DNA of 64,000 bases, from the NCBI GenBank assembly GCA_964016885.1, contig OZ024742.1:85932001-85996000 (forward strand), in the 5' to 3' direction. This DNA comes from Eledone cirrhosa (taxonomy: Eukaryota). Positions 52,901-64,000 of this stretch are shown here, piece by piece (position 1 is the first letter of the stretch; every line of letters begins with the position of its first letter). The notes beneath the pieces are model-generated. The model was not told where the DNA came from and ran no database searches. It was given only the letters and a program-made list of their open reading frames with translations. A program made the translations under genes and the position numbers.

Positions 52901-53790
52901 CAGACCACAAATTTGTGATCCGTGAGATCGACAGAGACAGACTTCATAAACAAGGACCCGGTTACTGGAAGCTGAACGCGTCTTTCTCGACGCGCAAAGC
53001 CTACAGAGACCGGATTAGCGAATTAGTTAAGCGGGCATTGACGGGAGCGGTCGTCAACAACAGGTGGTGGTTCGCTCTTAAAAGGCCAATTAAAGTAGAG
53101 TCGATTAGGTTTAGCAAAGGACTAGTGATAGAGGAAAATAGAGTAGAGGAGGAGCTAGGCAGAAATCTAGAAGAGGCGTTTAGGACAGGCATCGCAACCG
53201 ACGTGCTTGCGGCGAGATTTGCACTTGACCAATTCTTCAACGCAAAACACGAAGGCTGCGTTGTCAGAGCTAGAGCGCGTTCTCTGAAACACGAGGGGAC
53301 AAAAGCCGTCTAATGGGCCCGGGTTCAGAGGCTTGACGTGGCAACAAAGCCACAATTCGGTCTTTATCTGGTCAAAACGGGTGCTTTTTGCTCGAACCCG
53401 AGCAGATGTGTGAAGCTTTTCAGCAGCACTTTGCTGAACTGTTCGGGAGCAGCGGCGGGTTGAATCGAAGTATGGACTTCAGTGCATACTTCGACGGACT
53501 GCTTCAGCTCTCGGCGACCACAGCTCAGTGTTGCGAAAAGCCAATAATAGCCGGTAATATACGGGAAGCGATGGCTAACTCCACGAGGGTTAAATCGCCA
53601 GGTTTGGATCGACTGCCCAACGAGCTTTCTGCATTTATGCCAGGCTTGTTCGGTGACCTCTTGGCAGACGTCTACTGAAACTGGCAGCAGAACGGGAGAA
53701 TTCCCAGTTTTGTGAGCCGGGGAGCAGTGGCCCTGCTGAGAAAAGACCCGAACAAGGGGGATGTTATCGATAATTTCAGGCCCATAACTC
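49978..53790 (+). mobile_element. L1-Tx1 copy 4, 5'-complete with a distinct 5' UTR and ORF1, 3'-truncated at the start of RT
   Basis: ORF1 from ATG 50193 with CAG/CAA tracts and knuckle CFRCGSKTH; APE motifs from about 52250; stops after NFRPIT; 53229-53790 closely matches the start of copy 1. Confidence 0.92.
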
Positions 53791-55213
53791 TCCATTACTG
53801 TATCTTTGTGCATCTTTTGTAATGGAATATGATCTTTTGATGCTTTCGTGTTTCAAAACGAGTTTGATCATCCAATCATGTGATTACCTTAGATATGTAG
53901 ATAATCCAATTGTTGCAGTTTTCAACGCAATGTCTAACTGGATTAACCCACGTCCTCCTTCTTTCCTAGGGAGATATATTCTATCTATATCTGCCTTAGG
54001 GTGATGAATTCTGTGCATGGTTAAGAACTTTCGAATTTTTGTATCGAGCCTACGGATCTCTGGGCTTGACCAGTTGATGACATTGTAACTGTAGGTTACT
54101 ACTGGTATGGCAAGCGTGTTTATGGCATCGATCCTATTCCTTGCATTCAATTCCGTTCTTAAAATTGCTCTTACTCTGCGGTAACATTCCTTCCTTATCC
54201 TTTCCCTCATTGTCGAGTGCTTGATTCCGTCTCCTTCACAAACACCTAGATATTTGTAAGTTTTTTCTTGATCAAGTTCTCTTATTACGTTCCCCCGATC
54301 AAGATTAATGTCTGAACTCTTCAGCAGTTTTCCTCTGGTGAACGTTGCTTTGGCGCATTTATCTAGTCCAAACTCCATTTTAATGTCATCACTGAACTGC
54401 TCCACAGTGGATAATAGCCCTTGCAATTGTTCATCATTTTTTGCAAATAGTTTCAGATCATCCATGTGGAACAGGTGATTAATGGTTTTGTCTGAGACTT
54501 TATATCCATGTTTTGTTTCATTGAGCATTTTACTTAATGGTATAAGTGCGATGCAGAATAAAAGCGGTGATAAAGAGTCACCCTGAAAAATTCCACAATT
54601 AATATTAACTTCTCCAGCTTCCAGTGATTTTGTTTCACTATTCAAAAGGAGTGTCGTTTTCCATGTCTTCATACTGAATGAAAAAAACCTCCCGACAACG
54701 GGGGATATTTTGAAATTCTCTAAACATTTTTTAATCCAACTGTGTGGCGAACTATCGAATGCTTTTTTATAATCTATCCAAGCAATCGATAGATTTTTGT
54801 GTCTATTATGACAATCTTCCAGTATCATTTTGTTAACCAGAAGCTGATCCTTACAGCCATATGAGCCTCGTTTACACCCTTTCTGCTCAATGGGAAATAG
54901 GTCATTTGTTATCAGGTGGTCATATGTGTATTCAGTTAGGACTGATGTTAACATTTTATACATTGTGGTCAAGCAAGTTATCGGTCAGTAATTTTTGTGA
55001 TTGTTTGTCTCATCATTCTTCGGGAGCAGGCATGTAATGCCGTTAACTAGCCATGATGGTATCTTTTCTGGCTTCTTAACTATTTCATTGTAAAGTTGGG
55101 CTAACAGCTCATTAGAATCTGTGAAGGCATTTATCCAAAGTTTTGAATTTTGTCTTTTCCTGGGGATTTCCATTTGCTGTTTTTTCTTAGAGCCAAGCGC
55201 AACTGTTCAACTG

Positions 55214-55216
<3 letters not shown>
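53791..55216 (-). mobile_element. R4/Dong family B, copy 2, internal RT segment
   Basis: ORF 54972-53884 with EQKGC, WIDYKKAFD, CGIFQGDSLSPLLF, HMDDLKLF, YKYLG; closely matches 30107-31521; 5' end runs into (ATT)n. Confidence 0.95.

Positions 55217-55269
<53 letters not shown>
55214..55269. repeat. (ATT)n tract between Dong and Tx1 copies
   Basis: Directly visible; similar tracts at 25762, 27379, 27517, 29061, 33958, 36642, 40125, 40201, 44044, 49959, 61103. Confidence 0.95.
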
Positions 55270-58200
55270 GGCGACCTACGTAGTAAATCGGATCATCGTG
55301 AGCTCCGCAAAGGTTAGTTATTTTCAGTTATTTAAATTGCCATTTATGGAAAACTTTTATTGTTAACTGTATATAAGTGCAGATACATTGTTATCTGAAA
55401 AGTACACCCAAAAAGATTGGGGCCTTGTGCCCAAAATTTAAACTTTTATGATTATCAAAAAATTTCATTGAAAAAATCATGGCTGATTCACCTCTGCACC
55501 AAGCAGCTGAGAGCCATCCTCACAAACTAACACCTCACACCGACACCACCATTGTAAATATTACTACGTTTGCCAACACTAAAAATTTAAGCAGTAGCAA
55601 TATTTTTAATTTGTCTCAGACATTCATTTCCCGCCATTACCAATGACTGCAGGTGTTAAAGCCGCCACCACCACCACCACCGCGAGGACCACCACCCCCA
55701 CCACACCCGCGACAACAGAAACAAAAGAAAGAAAGAAATTAACTCGTGATGAAATGAATTCAACCAAAATGAACTCTTCCACACCGAACACCACTTACGC
55801 CACCACCACCACAACTGAAACTAAAATTAATAATAACAAAAATAACGATAACAATAAAAGCAAAAATGACATTAAGAAAACCACCCTGAGTTTTGCCAGA
55901 GTATCAAAACAGTGCGAAGCATTTCAGGTAACTCGGGAGGAATTAGAAGATGCACAAAAAATGGTAAAGTAAGATGGGTACAGGGACAGCCTCACCCCAC
56001 CCAACCCACCCCAAACACACACACACCAAATAAAATGGAGCATCGGCGCCTATGCCCCGTGTCTTATTGAACAATTAATGTAAAATCGCGCCGAGTGGAA
56101 CGGGCATCCGAGTCCCAAATCCAAAAAGCTTTGGGACATGTGTGGGCAAGAAAAACCCACATCAGACGTGGTCAGAAGCATGGAACCGTGGACGTGTTCT
56201 TTGAAACACGAGAGGAGGCTAGAGAACACTCCGTGGCCCCATTAAGAAGTGACGACTTCACACACGTTCCAAGCTATTGTGGCCAGAGACTCGTAAAGAT
56301 CAGGCTGACCCACGTTCCACCGGCCATCGAAATTCCCTGGCTAATAGCTGCCGTCCTCGCCGGCATCGAACCCAACACCAAGATAATAGCAATAGCGAAA
56401 AAAGAGCAGAAGAACTGGTCCGGATCTGGGATGGAGCTCCTGATCCAAGCGGACCAAAAAAGCATTGAGGAGATCCCAGAGGTAATAGACCTCACTGACG
56501 GCAGCCACCTCACCGTAATTGTCGAGGGCTAGGTGTGTCGTTTGTGGTGAAGGAACCTACCTAACGGCTTTCTGCCTTCAGGCTAAAAGGTTGAGGCCAC
56601 CTCTCCTACCCACCCCAGTGACTCAACCATCAACACCACCAGCACCAGAGATGGCAGCAACAACTGTAGCAGCAATAACAGAAGCAACTATAATAGCAAC
56701 AACCCCAGCAACAGTAGCAAAACCAACACCACCACCACCACCCAACGCTTCAGGACTAGCACCAGCGCCTACACCATCCAGCACGCTACAACCAAAACTA
56801 ACGCCGTGGAGGATTTTCCACTCCCCGGCCTATCACACCTGGAGACATATTGTGACGACGAGGAGTGGGAAACGGTATCAGGAAAAAAGAAAAAAAGAAA
56901 CCAAAAAAGAAAAAAATCTCTTCCTTCCAAAAACAAAATACAGAGGGAAACAAATAAACTATCAAACCAAAAAGTTAGGACAGACATGCCACCATCCATA
57001 CCAGCATCACCAACCCCATCACCCCAAACACCAACACCATCACCATCATTAACCCCAACCCCATCATCACCTACACCACAAAAGTCACCAAAATGTGAAA
57101 CAGAAACAAACCCACAACAAACTCAAACAAAACAAAACAACCAAAACGATACACACTACACAGCATTAAATTTGAACAACAACCAATTATTACACTACAT
57201 CCAACACAACACCAGCATCACAGAAAAAGACAACACAACAACCCAAAAGTTCACACCACCTCCACACATACAAATCAGTCGCATCACACAGAACACGTAC
57301 ATAACACTAAAACAAAAATTCCCCAAAGACATCGGAGCCTTCCGACAAGCACTCTCCAGGAGGATTTATAAGGACATCCTTCCCGAGGAGGCCACAAGCA
57401 GTGAAAAGGATGGAGAAACCGTCCTTCCTCTACGAGAAGTAAGTGAACTTTCCCATCTTTTCCACTCCTTTTCAATGACCGCAGTCAGAATAGGCAGCAT
57501 AAATGCGCCATGGCTTGGGGTCGTCATGGAAGCAGGGCCACCTGCTCAACGACCTCAGGTCACTAAACATAGATGTAGTGGCCATCAGCGAGACTAGAAT
57601 CTCCGAAGCACGAGCCTTCGCACCGATCTTCGGCGGCTACAATGTGTACGCATCTCCCAGCCGTCCGGGATCGGGGGAGGAGTTGCTTTGCTTTTTCGGA
57701 GAGATTTAGATCTTGCCATACTGGCCATCTTCCTGGACTCAGAAGGTAAGTTGGTGGTTCTAGACGTGACCAGCGAAGACGGGCAAGCTTTCAGGTTAGT
57801 GGCCGTCTATGCCCCGACAGGAGCAGGGTGGCCTGATTTCTTCCGGCGTGTGGAGACCTTTCTTGGAACGTCCCGCTCTTTAGTGTTAGTGGGAGACTGA
57901 AACGGGATCTTAGATGCACGCTGGGATTGTGTGGGATTAGTGGATAGGGGAGGAGAGTGCAAGAGTCTCACCATCCTGCTCAGGCGTTTTGAACTGTCTG
58001 ACAGGTACCGATTGGATTTCCCGATGTGGACTTGGACAAATCGCATAGGGTCATCCAGATCATATCTAGATAGAGTATTTTGTAGGGAAATAGATACGTC
58101 CAGCATAGGATGTCCACAATTCAAGATAGTTAGCTACACGGACCACAAATAAGTGATATGTGTGCTTGACTTAGATCGGCTTCATAGACGAGGACCCGGT

Positions 58201-61102
58201 TACCGGATGCTAAACGCGTCCTTAGCACCGCGCAAGGCTTACAGAGACCGGATTAGCGAACTTGTTAAGCGGGCGTTGAAGGAGGCCATTGTCAACAGCA
58301 AGTGGTGGTTCGCTCTGAAAAGAGCAATTAGAATAGAGTCCATTAGGTTTAGTAAGGCTTTAGCATTAGAGAAAAATAGAGCAGAGGGAGAATTAGTTAG
58401 AACATTAGAGGAGGCGCTTTGCAAAGGCATTGCCACCGACGTACTTGCGGCGAAATTGGCCCTTGAACAATTTTTCAATGCAAAGCACGAAGGCTGCATT
58501 GTCAGAGCTAGGGTGCGTGCTCTCAGACACGAGGGGACGAAAGCCGTTCAATGGGCCCGAGTGGCGGAGGCGCGTCGTGGCAACAAAGCCACGATCCGGT
58601 CTTTGGTGGACCACGACGGGCGCATGCTACTCGATCCCGGGAAAATGTGTGAAGCTTTTCAGCGACACTTCGCTCAGCTGTTGGGGCAGCGGCGGGCCAT
58701 ATCGGGCGATAGGCTTTAGTGTCTACCTTGACGGACTGCCGCGGCTCTCGGCCACTGAGGCGGAGTGTTGCGAAATGCCGCTAACAGCCGCTGAAGTACG
58801 GGAGGCAATGACTGGATGCACAAGGGGTAAATCGCCTGGTTTGGATGGTCTGCCCTATGAACTTTACGTACAAATGCCAGACTTATTCGGAGGCCTCTTG
58901 ACGGACGTCTACTGCAATGGCAACAGAACGGGACAATTCCCAGCTTTGTGAGCCGAGGAGCGGTGGCGCTACTGAGAAAGGATCCGAAAAAGGGGGATAA
59001 CATTGATAATTTTAGGCCCATAACTCTGCTAAACACAGAGTTCAAGATTTTGGCCAAGGTGCTAGCAAAGAGGTTGGCGCTTGTCGTTGGTGGTCTGGTG
59101 AAAGAGGCGCTGATATGCGCCATTCCCGACAGATCCATCCACAACAACCTCCACCTCATGCGATACATCGTAGAGAGGGTAGCTAGGGAACCTGGCACGG
59201 GTGTGTGTTTGATAAATTTAGATCAGTCGAAAGCCTTCGATAGGGTCGAGCATCGTTACCTAGCGGCAGTCCTGAGAGCGGCTGGCTTTGGGCCCGTCTT
59301 CAGAGGCTGGATCGCTGCCATGCACAGCGACATCTGCTCTGTGGTGAGCGTGAACGGTCACCTTTCGGAACCGTTCAACATCATGCGCTTGGTCCGCCAA
59401 GGATGTCCCCTCTCGTCCCTCTTGTACGTATTGACTCTCGAGCCATTACTGCACAAACTGGAGACGTTGAGGGGGGTCCCGCGCGAACTAGGATGCGGAA
59501 GATCCGTGTCAGCATATGCGGACGATGTCACCGTAGTGGTGTCGAACGCCAAACACATCGAGGCGATCGGCACTACTCTAAGAGAATACGAAGCGGTGAC
59601 AGGAGCAATGATCAACCAGAAAAAGTCAGTGGGCCTGCAGCTCGGCACCTGGGGAGGCAGGTCCATGCTGTCCAACAGCGTTGTCGGGCGCTGGACGGAC
59701 GGACCGGTTAAATTGCTAGGGGTCTGGTTCGGTCCGGACCTCCAGACGGACAAAAACTGGGACGAGGTGACAAGCAGGGTGGCTTCTCTCACCCAGAAAT
59801 GGGCCGAGAGGAAGCTATCCCTGAAAGGTCGAGCGGAGCTGGCTAACACGTACATGGCGTCCGTCATCTACTACCGCCTGACCGTCGTACCTTGTCCTAA
59901 GCCCCGCCTGACTGCGCTGGAGCGTTTGCTCTTTCGCTTTTTGTGGAAGGGACGCGCTCCGGTGGTCAGGCGGTCCATCTGCTGTCAACACCCGCTACAT
60001 GGAAGGTTTGGCATGCCGTGGCTGATGATGCGAAGACACGAGCTCAGGCTTATATCTCCACCTCTTCCTCGACGGTGATCAGGTGTGGTCGCCGTTTGCT
60101 AGACGCGTCTTTCCCCAGCTCGTCTCCTTGACGGAGTTGCAGTCCTGGGTCAAGCGAAGACCGAGAGGGAGCGCTTGGAGACTGGAATGTCTTCAGGCGC
60201 TCACAGCCCTCGACCAATCGGCCAATGTGATCGGTGGAAACTCCACCTTGGCGTTCTATAGAGGATTAGTGGAGGCGAAGAGCGACGACGTACTTGGAGA
60301 AAATCTAGGCGTCGACGAAAATCAACTAGCCAATCTCCTCGGAAGGACTTTCGGGCGGGGGCCTATAAACAACTTCCAGAAATCCCTGGCCTGGCAGTGC
60401 TACCGGGGAGCTTTGCCAGTTCGGGAGGTTCCGTCAGCCGGGCATGTCCGATATGCGCGCAGGGCAACGAAACCGTCCTGCACGCACTCGTCCAGTGTCC
60501 TAGCATTGCTGACTTGTGGGTTTATGTCGAACAACTGCTGTCACGTGTAGGACGGATACAGCTATCAGCTGAGTCCATCGTGAGGATTTCCCCGCCCTCT
60601 TCCTTTAGCCGGGAAGGGCAGGCAGTTTTTATCTGTCTGGTGGCCATGGCGAAAGAGATAGTATGGTGGACACGTTTGAAAGGGCTGAAGACGAGCACTT
60701 ACCTCTTCGGTGATGCCCTGATTAACCTTTTCAAATTTAATTTGAAAAGGAAAATCAAGGTAAAGAGGGAAGTGCTCTCTTCCCAGCATTTTGTTGAAAG
60801 ATGGATGAGAAGCAAGTATGGCCCGAGTGAATGGGCCTACCCTGAGTATGTGTTTGTAAATTAAAGGTGGAAAACTGGGAGAGGGCACTTGCCCTGGTTG
60901 TCAGGGTCACCGTGGTCTTTAATGGGCTTTCTCAACAAATGTCCCTCAGAAGTCTCCCCCCTATTGGGGAATTTTTCTTTGTTATTTCATTACATCCTCT
61001 GTTTTTTTTACACGCAGAAATGCCCATTTGTACCGTCCTGTATTGTCCTGTACTGGCCTTAATGTCTACTTTATGCAAACCCTTGTGGTTAATAAAGAAA
61101 AC
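55270..61102 (+). mobile_element. L1-Tx1 copy 5, full length and best preserved (ORF1 from about 55480, ORF2 57475-60864), frameshifted
   Basis: ORF2 MTAVRIGSINA, VAISET, AVYAP, TDH; RT segment 58948-60078 with DQSKAFDRV, RQGCPLS, YADD; CPIC...ETVLHALVQC; aataaa then (ATT)n. Confidence 0.95.
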
Positions 61103-61103
61103 A

Positions 61104-61134
<31 letters not shown>

Positions 61135-61399
61135 TATCATCATTATTATTTTTACTTTTCTTTGTTATTGGACAGAAATACAAAACTATTGTAGGTGAAG
61201 TGTGAATTTACAAACGATGAAAGAAATGCAAAATATGTAAAGAAATAAAACAGTTGATAATAATCAATAATAGTATAGCAATAAATATTCTCCAGAAAGA
61301 GGGAGTACCACGTAGGGGGTACCTAAGAAGCACAACGATGCTAGACCACCCTAATCTCCACGAGCACCATGAGAGAGCGCCTCTCTCATTTTTAGTCAC

Positions 61400-62720
61400 T
61401 CCAGCTTAACATGCGCATTTTCAGACTATATTTCTCAGGAATATTAATATATTTTTCAGGAAATAGTCTCATTCGGCCTATTTCTGAGTAAGCGTGGCCA
61501 TTCTGCACGTAACCATACCTTTAGATGTTATTTGAATCCCTCTAAGCCACAGGGTAGCACTACTAAGTCAGAAATGTCTGGTGGGCTGCCCATTTTTGCT
61601 GCCTTGAAATTTATCCGGATCAATTCTGGTGATTTCGATTTCGTCGCCGCCCAGGGGGTCTATGACAATGTCAAAGCTATGGCCCACCACAACTCAAATA
61701 TAGAATACTAGAATAGGATTTACACTGAGACCATTGCATGACCAATTTTGGGCTGTGAGCATCTGGCACGTTGCCAGATGCCGGATGCTCGGTTTTCACT
61801 TGACCTTCGACTGCAGTTCAGTCAAAGTGACGATCTGCGGAAAGACTTGTCAGAAAAAGGGCGTTAAGGAATCTCTGGAGGTACTCACGCATTCCTTGCG
61901 TATTTGCACGTCATTAGTCTCAATATACCAAGTCATTCAATTAGAAGATAGGCTGTCTCAGCAAAGATACCTGACACTTACACAAGAATGTGAAGAGCAC
62001 ACAATCCAATATGGCGTGTCGTTAACGGGGTTAAGGTATGACGATCAAGTAGTAATTGATGTTGGTCGCGATGTAGTGTTCGTCACTACCCGATCCTTCA
62101 GCAATATTTACTTAACAAGCATTTGAATATGCAATTTGCAATACAATTTCAATCCAATAAGTATTCCCGGAAACATTGTCGTCTGAACCTTTTGATTTCT
62201 GTTTTTGAGTTAAATTAGAGTTTTGTCTGATTTAATGGCAGATCATCGTAATTGGCTGAGCTATAGAAAATAATGTATTTTATTTTATCCACCTCAAGGG
62301 AAACCTTATTTCCTGAATACCAGTCATTTATGAGAGTTAATTGGTTCTTTATTTCTTTGAATAATGTACGGTTTTCATTTCAAGAGAGTTTCGTATCATC
62401 GGCAAACGTGATAACTTGTGGAAAAGGAACTGGATATGCTTATCATTGACATATATAATATCAAGTAAGGGACCTAATATTGACCCTTGAGGAGCCCCGC
62501 AAGATATGGGATGTACCCGGATTCATTGTCAGCAATTTGCACAAACTAGTATCTATAGCGTTAGGAACTTTGTAAACATAGTATATAATTCCCAGTAATT
62601 CTATAGTTTTCAAATATGTTTAATGAGTATTATATTGCGAACATTGCTCATAGCTTTCCTGAGGTTGACGACAATTCAATGTATACAATGTTTATTTCAC
62701 AGAGTTTATCTGTTGTTATT
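61400..62720 (-). mobile_element. Decayed CR1/L2-type LINE RT
   Basis: Minus strand reads NLRKA (about 62660), CGAPQGSILGPLL (about 62500), FADDTKL (about 62400) and a weak PIL...VW.P-like block (about 61700). Confidence 0.75.
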
Positions 62721-63094
62721 AATGAGGTCTATCAACCCAAAATCAACACCAGTATTCTTTCAAAAACCGAAATATTACAATTAAACAAATATAATTTTCA
62801 AGGAAACCCTGTAGAGGTAGAGGATGAGGGTCTCCGGCAACATGGAGGAGACAGATGCGACTAATATTGGCTGGTTATTATCACTTTCAGTAGTAAATAC
62901 TCTGCTGTCAATCGTACGTGTGTTGTCAATCGAAGTGCTTTCTTGGTTATTATACGGATGTCATTAACGATAGAACGCATAAGGTAACTTTGAGGCATAG
63001 TTTGGAAAAAAAGGTTTCTAGCCTTCGGATTTACAAAGCCATATCAATAAATTATATTCATTATAAGGTATATGGATCAAATACGGGTGGGTAA

Positions 63095-63103
63095 TATATA
63101 TAT

Positions 63104-63162
<59 letters not shown>
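63095..63162. repeat. (TA)n microsatellite
   Basis: Directly visible. Confidence 0.97.
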
Positions 63163-63166
<4 letters not shown>

Positions 63167-64000
63167 TGTAGAAGTGTTCGGATTGCAAATGACCAAGTTA
63201 GCTAGGTTGAAAAAATACTAATTTAACATAATATGGTTTGCCTGTCTCGATTTAAAATAATAAATCAATAAAAATAACAAACCTATATTGGCAATGGCCG
63301 TGATACCTGGACAAATTTTGAATTTGTTTCGCGACAATTAAGTGAAAGTTACTATTCCTGTGCTCTTCTTCGGTTATCCAGAAATATATATATATATGAT
63401 ATAAGTAATTGGCAGAATGTACATACCCTTTGGAGCTCGATCACAATTATCATTACATATATACTTCGAAATTAAATAAATGTGAACTGGTATATGTCAT
63501 ATTTCGGTCACGTAAAATTCTGAAGCATATATTGTTTCAATTGAAATATTGCCATTTATCTGTTACCTGAATAAATATCAGAACCATTACTTGATATATT
63601 TCTGTAAGTTTGTTGTAAGAAAAATTCAATACCGATTTATAATGAATTTTATTTCGGCTATAATTAGCGATTTTAAATTACTTTTTTCCATGTTCTAGCA
63701 TAATGTTTAAGAAGAAAATCGAATGAAAGATTTTATTTTATTTCTCATAAATATAATAAACGTAACAAATCAATACGTCTGTTGAAATTTATTGGATTCG
63801 TGTCTCATACAAAGAATTAACAAATTCAGGAGCATTACAAAAGGTAAGTTTTAAAACAGTAAATCTTAATATGTACAATCATATGTCAAATGTTTTGTTC
63901 ACTTATTCTAATTTCGTTTTTTTCTCACGTTTGAAATAATATGCATTTAGAAAGAAATAGGCAGTTTACTCGAAACGTTCTCAATTCCACTCTGAAAATA

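Noticed and set aside
29091-55216. Segmental duplication explaining repeated Dong B and Tx1 pairs
   Set aside because: Order, truncation points and junctions differ between the matching copies, which favours independent insertions
53884-60078. Intact active reverse transcriptase genes (362-aa and 376-aa ORFs)
   Set aside because: Both are internal fragments of truncated or frameshifted elements
63690-63850. Splice acceptor- and donor-like signals (ttctag, AAG/GTAAGT) suggesting a host exon
   Set aside because: Frames checked between them contain stops and no linked exons are visible; such signals are common by chance

Overview
AT-rich eukaryotic intergenic or intronic DNA. The SINE family, TA/TAA microsatellite load and LINE content suggest an octopus-like cephalopod (inference). 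No intact host gene is supportable. From 1-25 kb there are scattered decayed retroelements (RTE, R4/Dong, CRE-like, L1-Tx1), tRNA-derived SINEs and (TA)n tracts holding palindromic Penelope-type repeats with hammerhead ribozyme motifs. From about 25.5-61.1 kb there is an almost continuous nest of non-LTR retroelements joined by (ATT)n/(TAA)n tracts: five R4/Dong copies all on the - strand, and five L1-Tx1 copies plus SINE pieces all on the + strand. All are disrupted by stops or frameshifts. Best leads: (i) a SINE copy at 43400-43490 with 10 clustered T>C changes in an ADAR-like context, possibly a hyper-edited RNA written back into the genome; (ii) an unexplained leader sequence upstream of both 5'-complete Dong copies, suggesting 5' transduction from a borrowed promoter; (iii) a self-feeding TAA-targeting retroelement nest; (iv) two hammerhead variants, one with a U3-A8 core inside a 300-bp hairpin and one with a branched stem II. 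All alignments and folds were made by eye.
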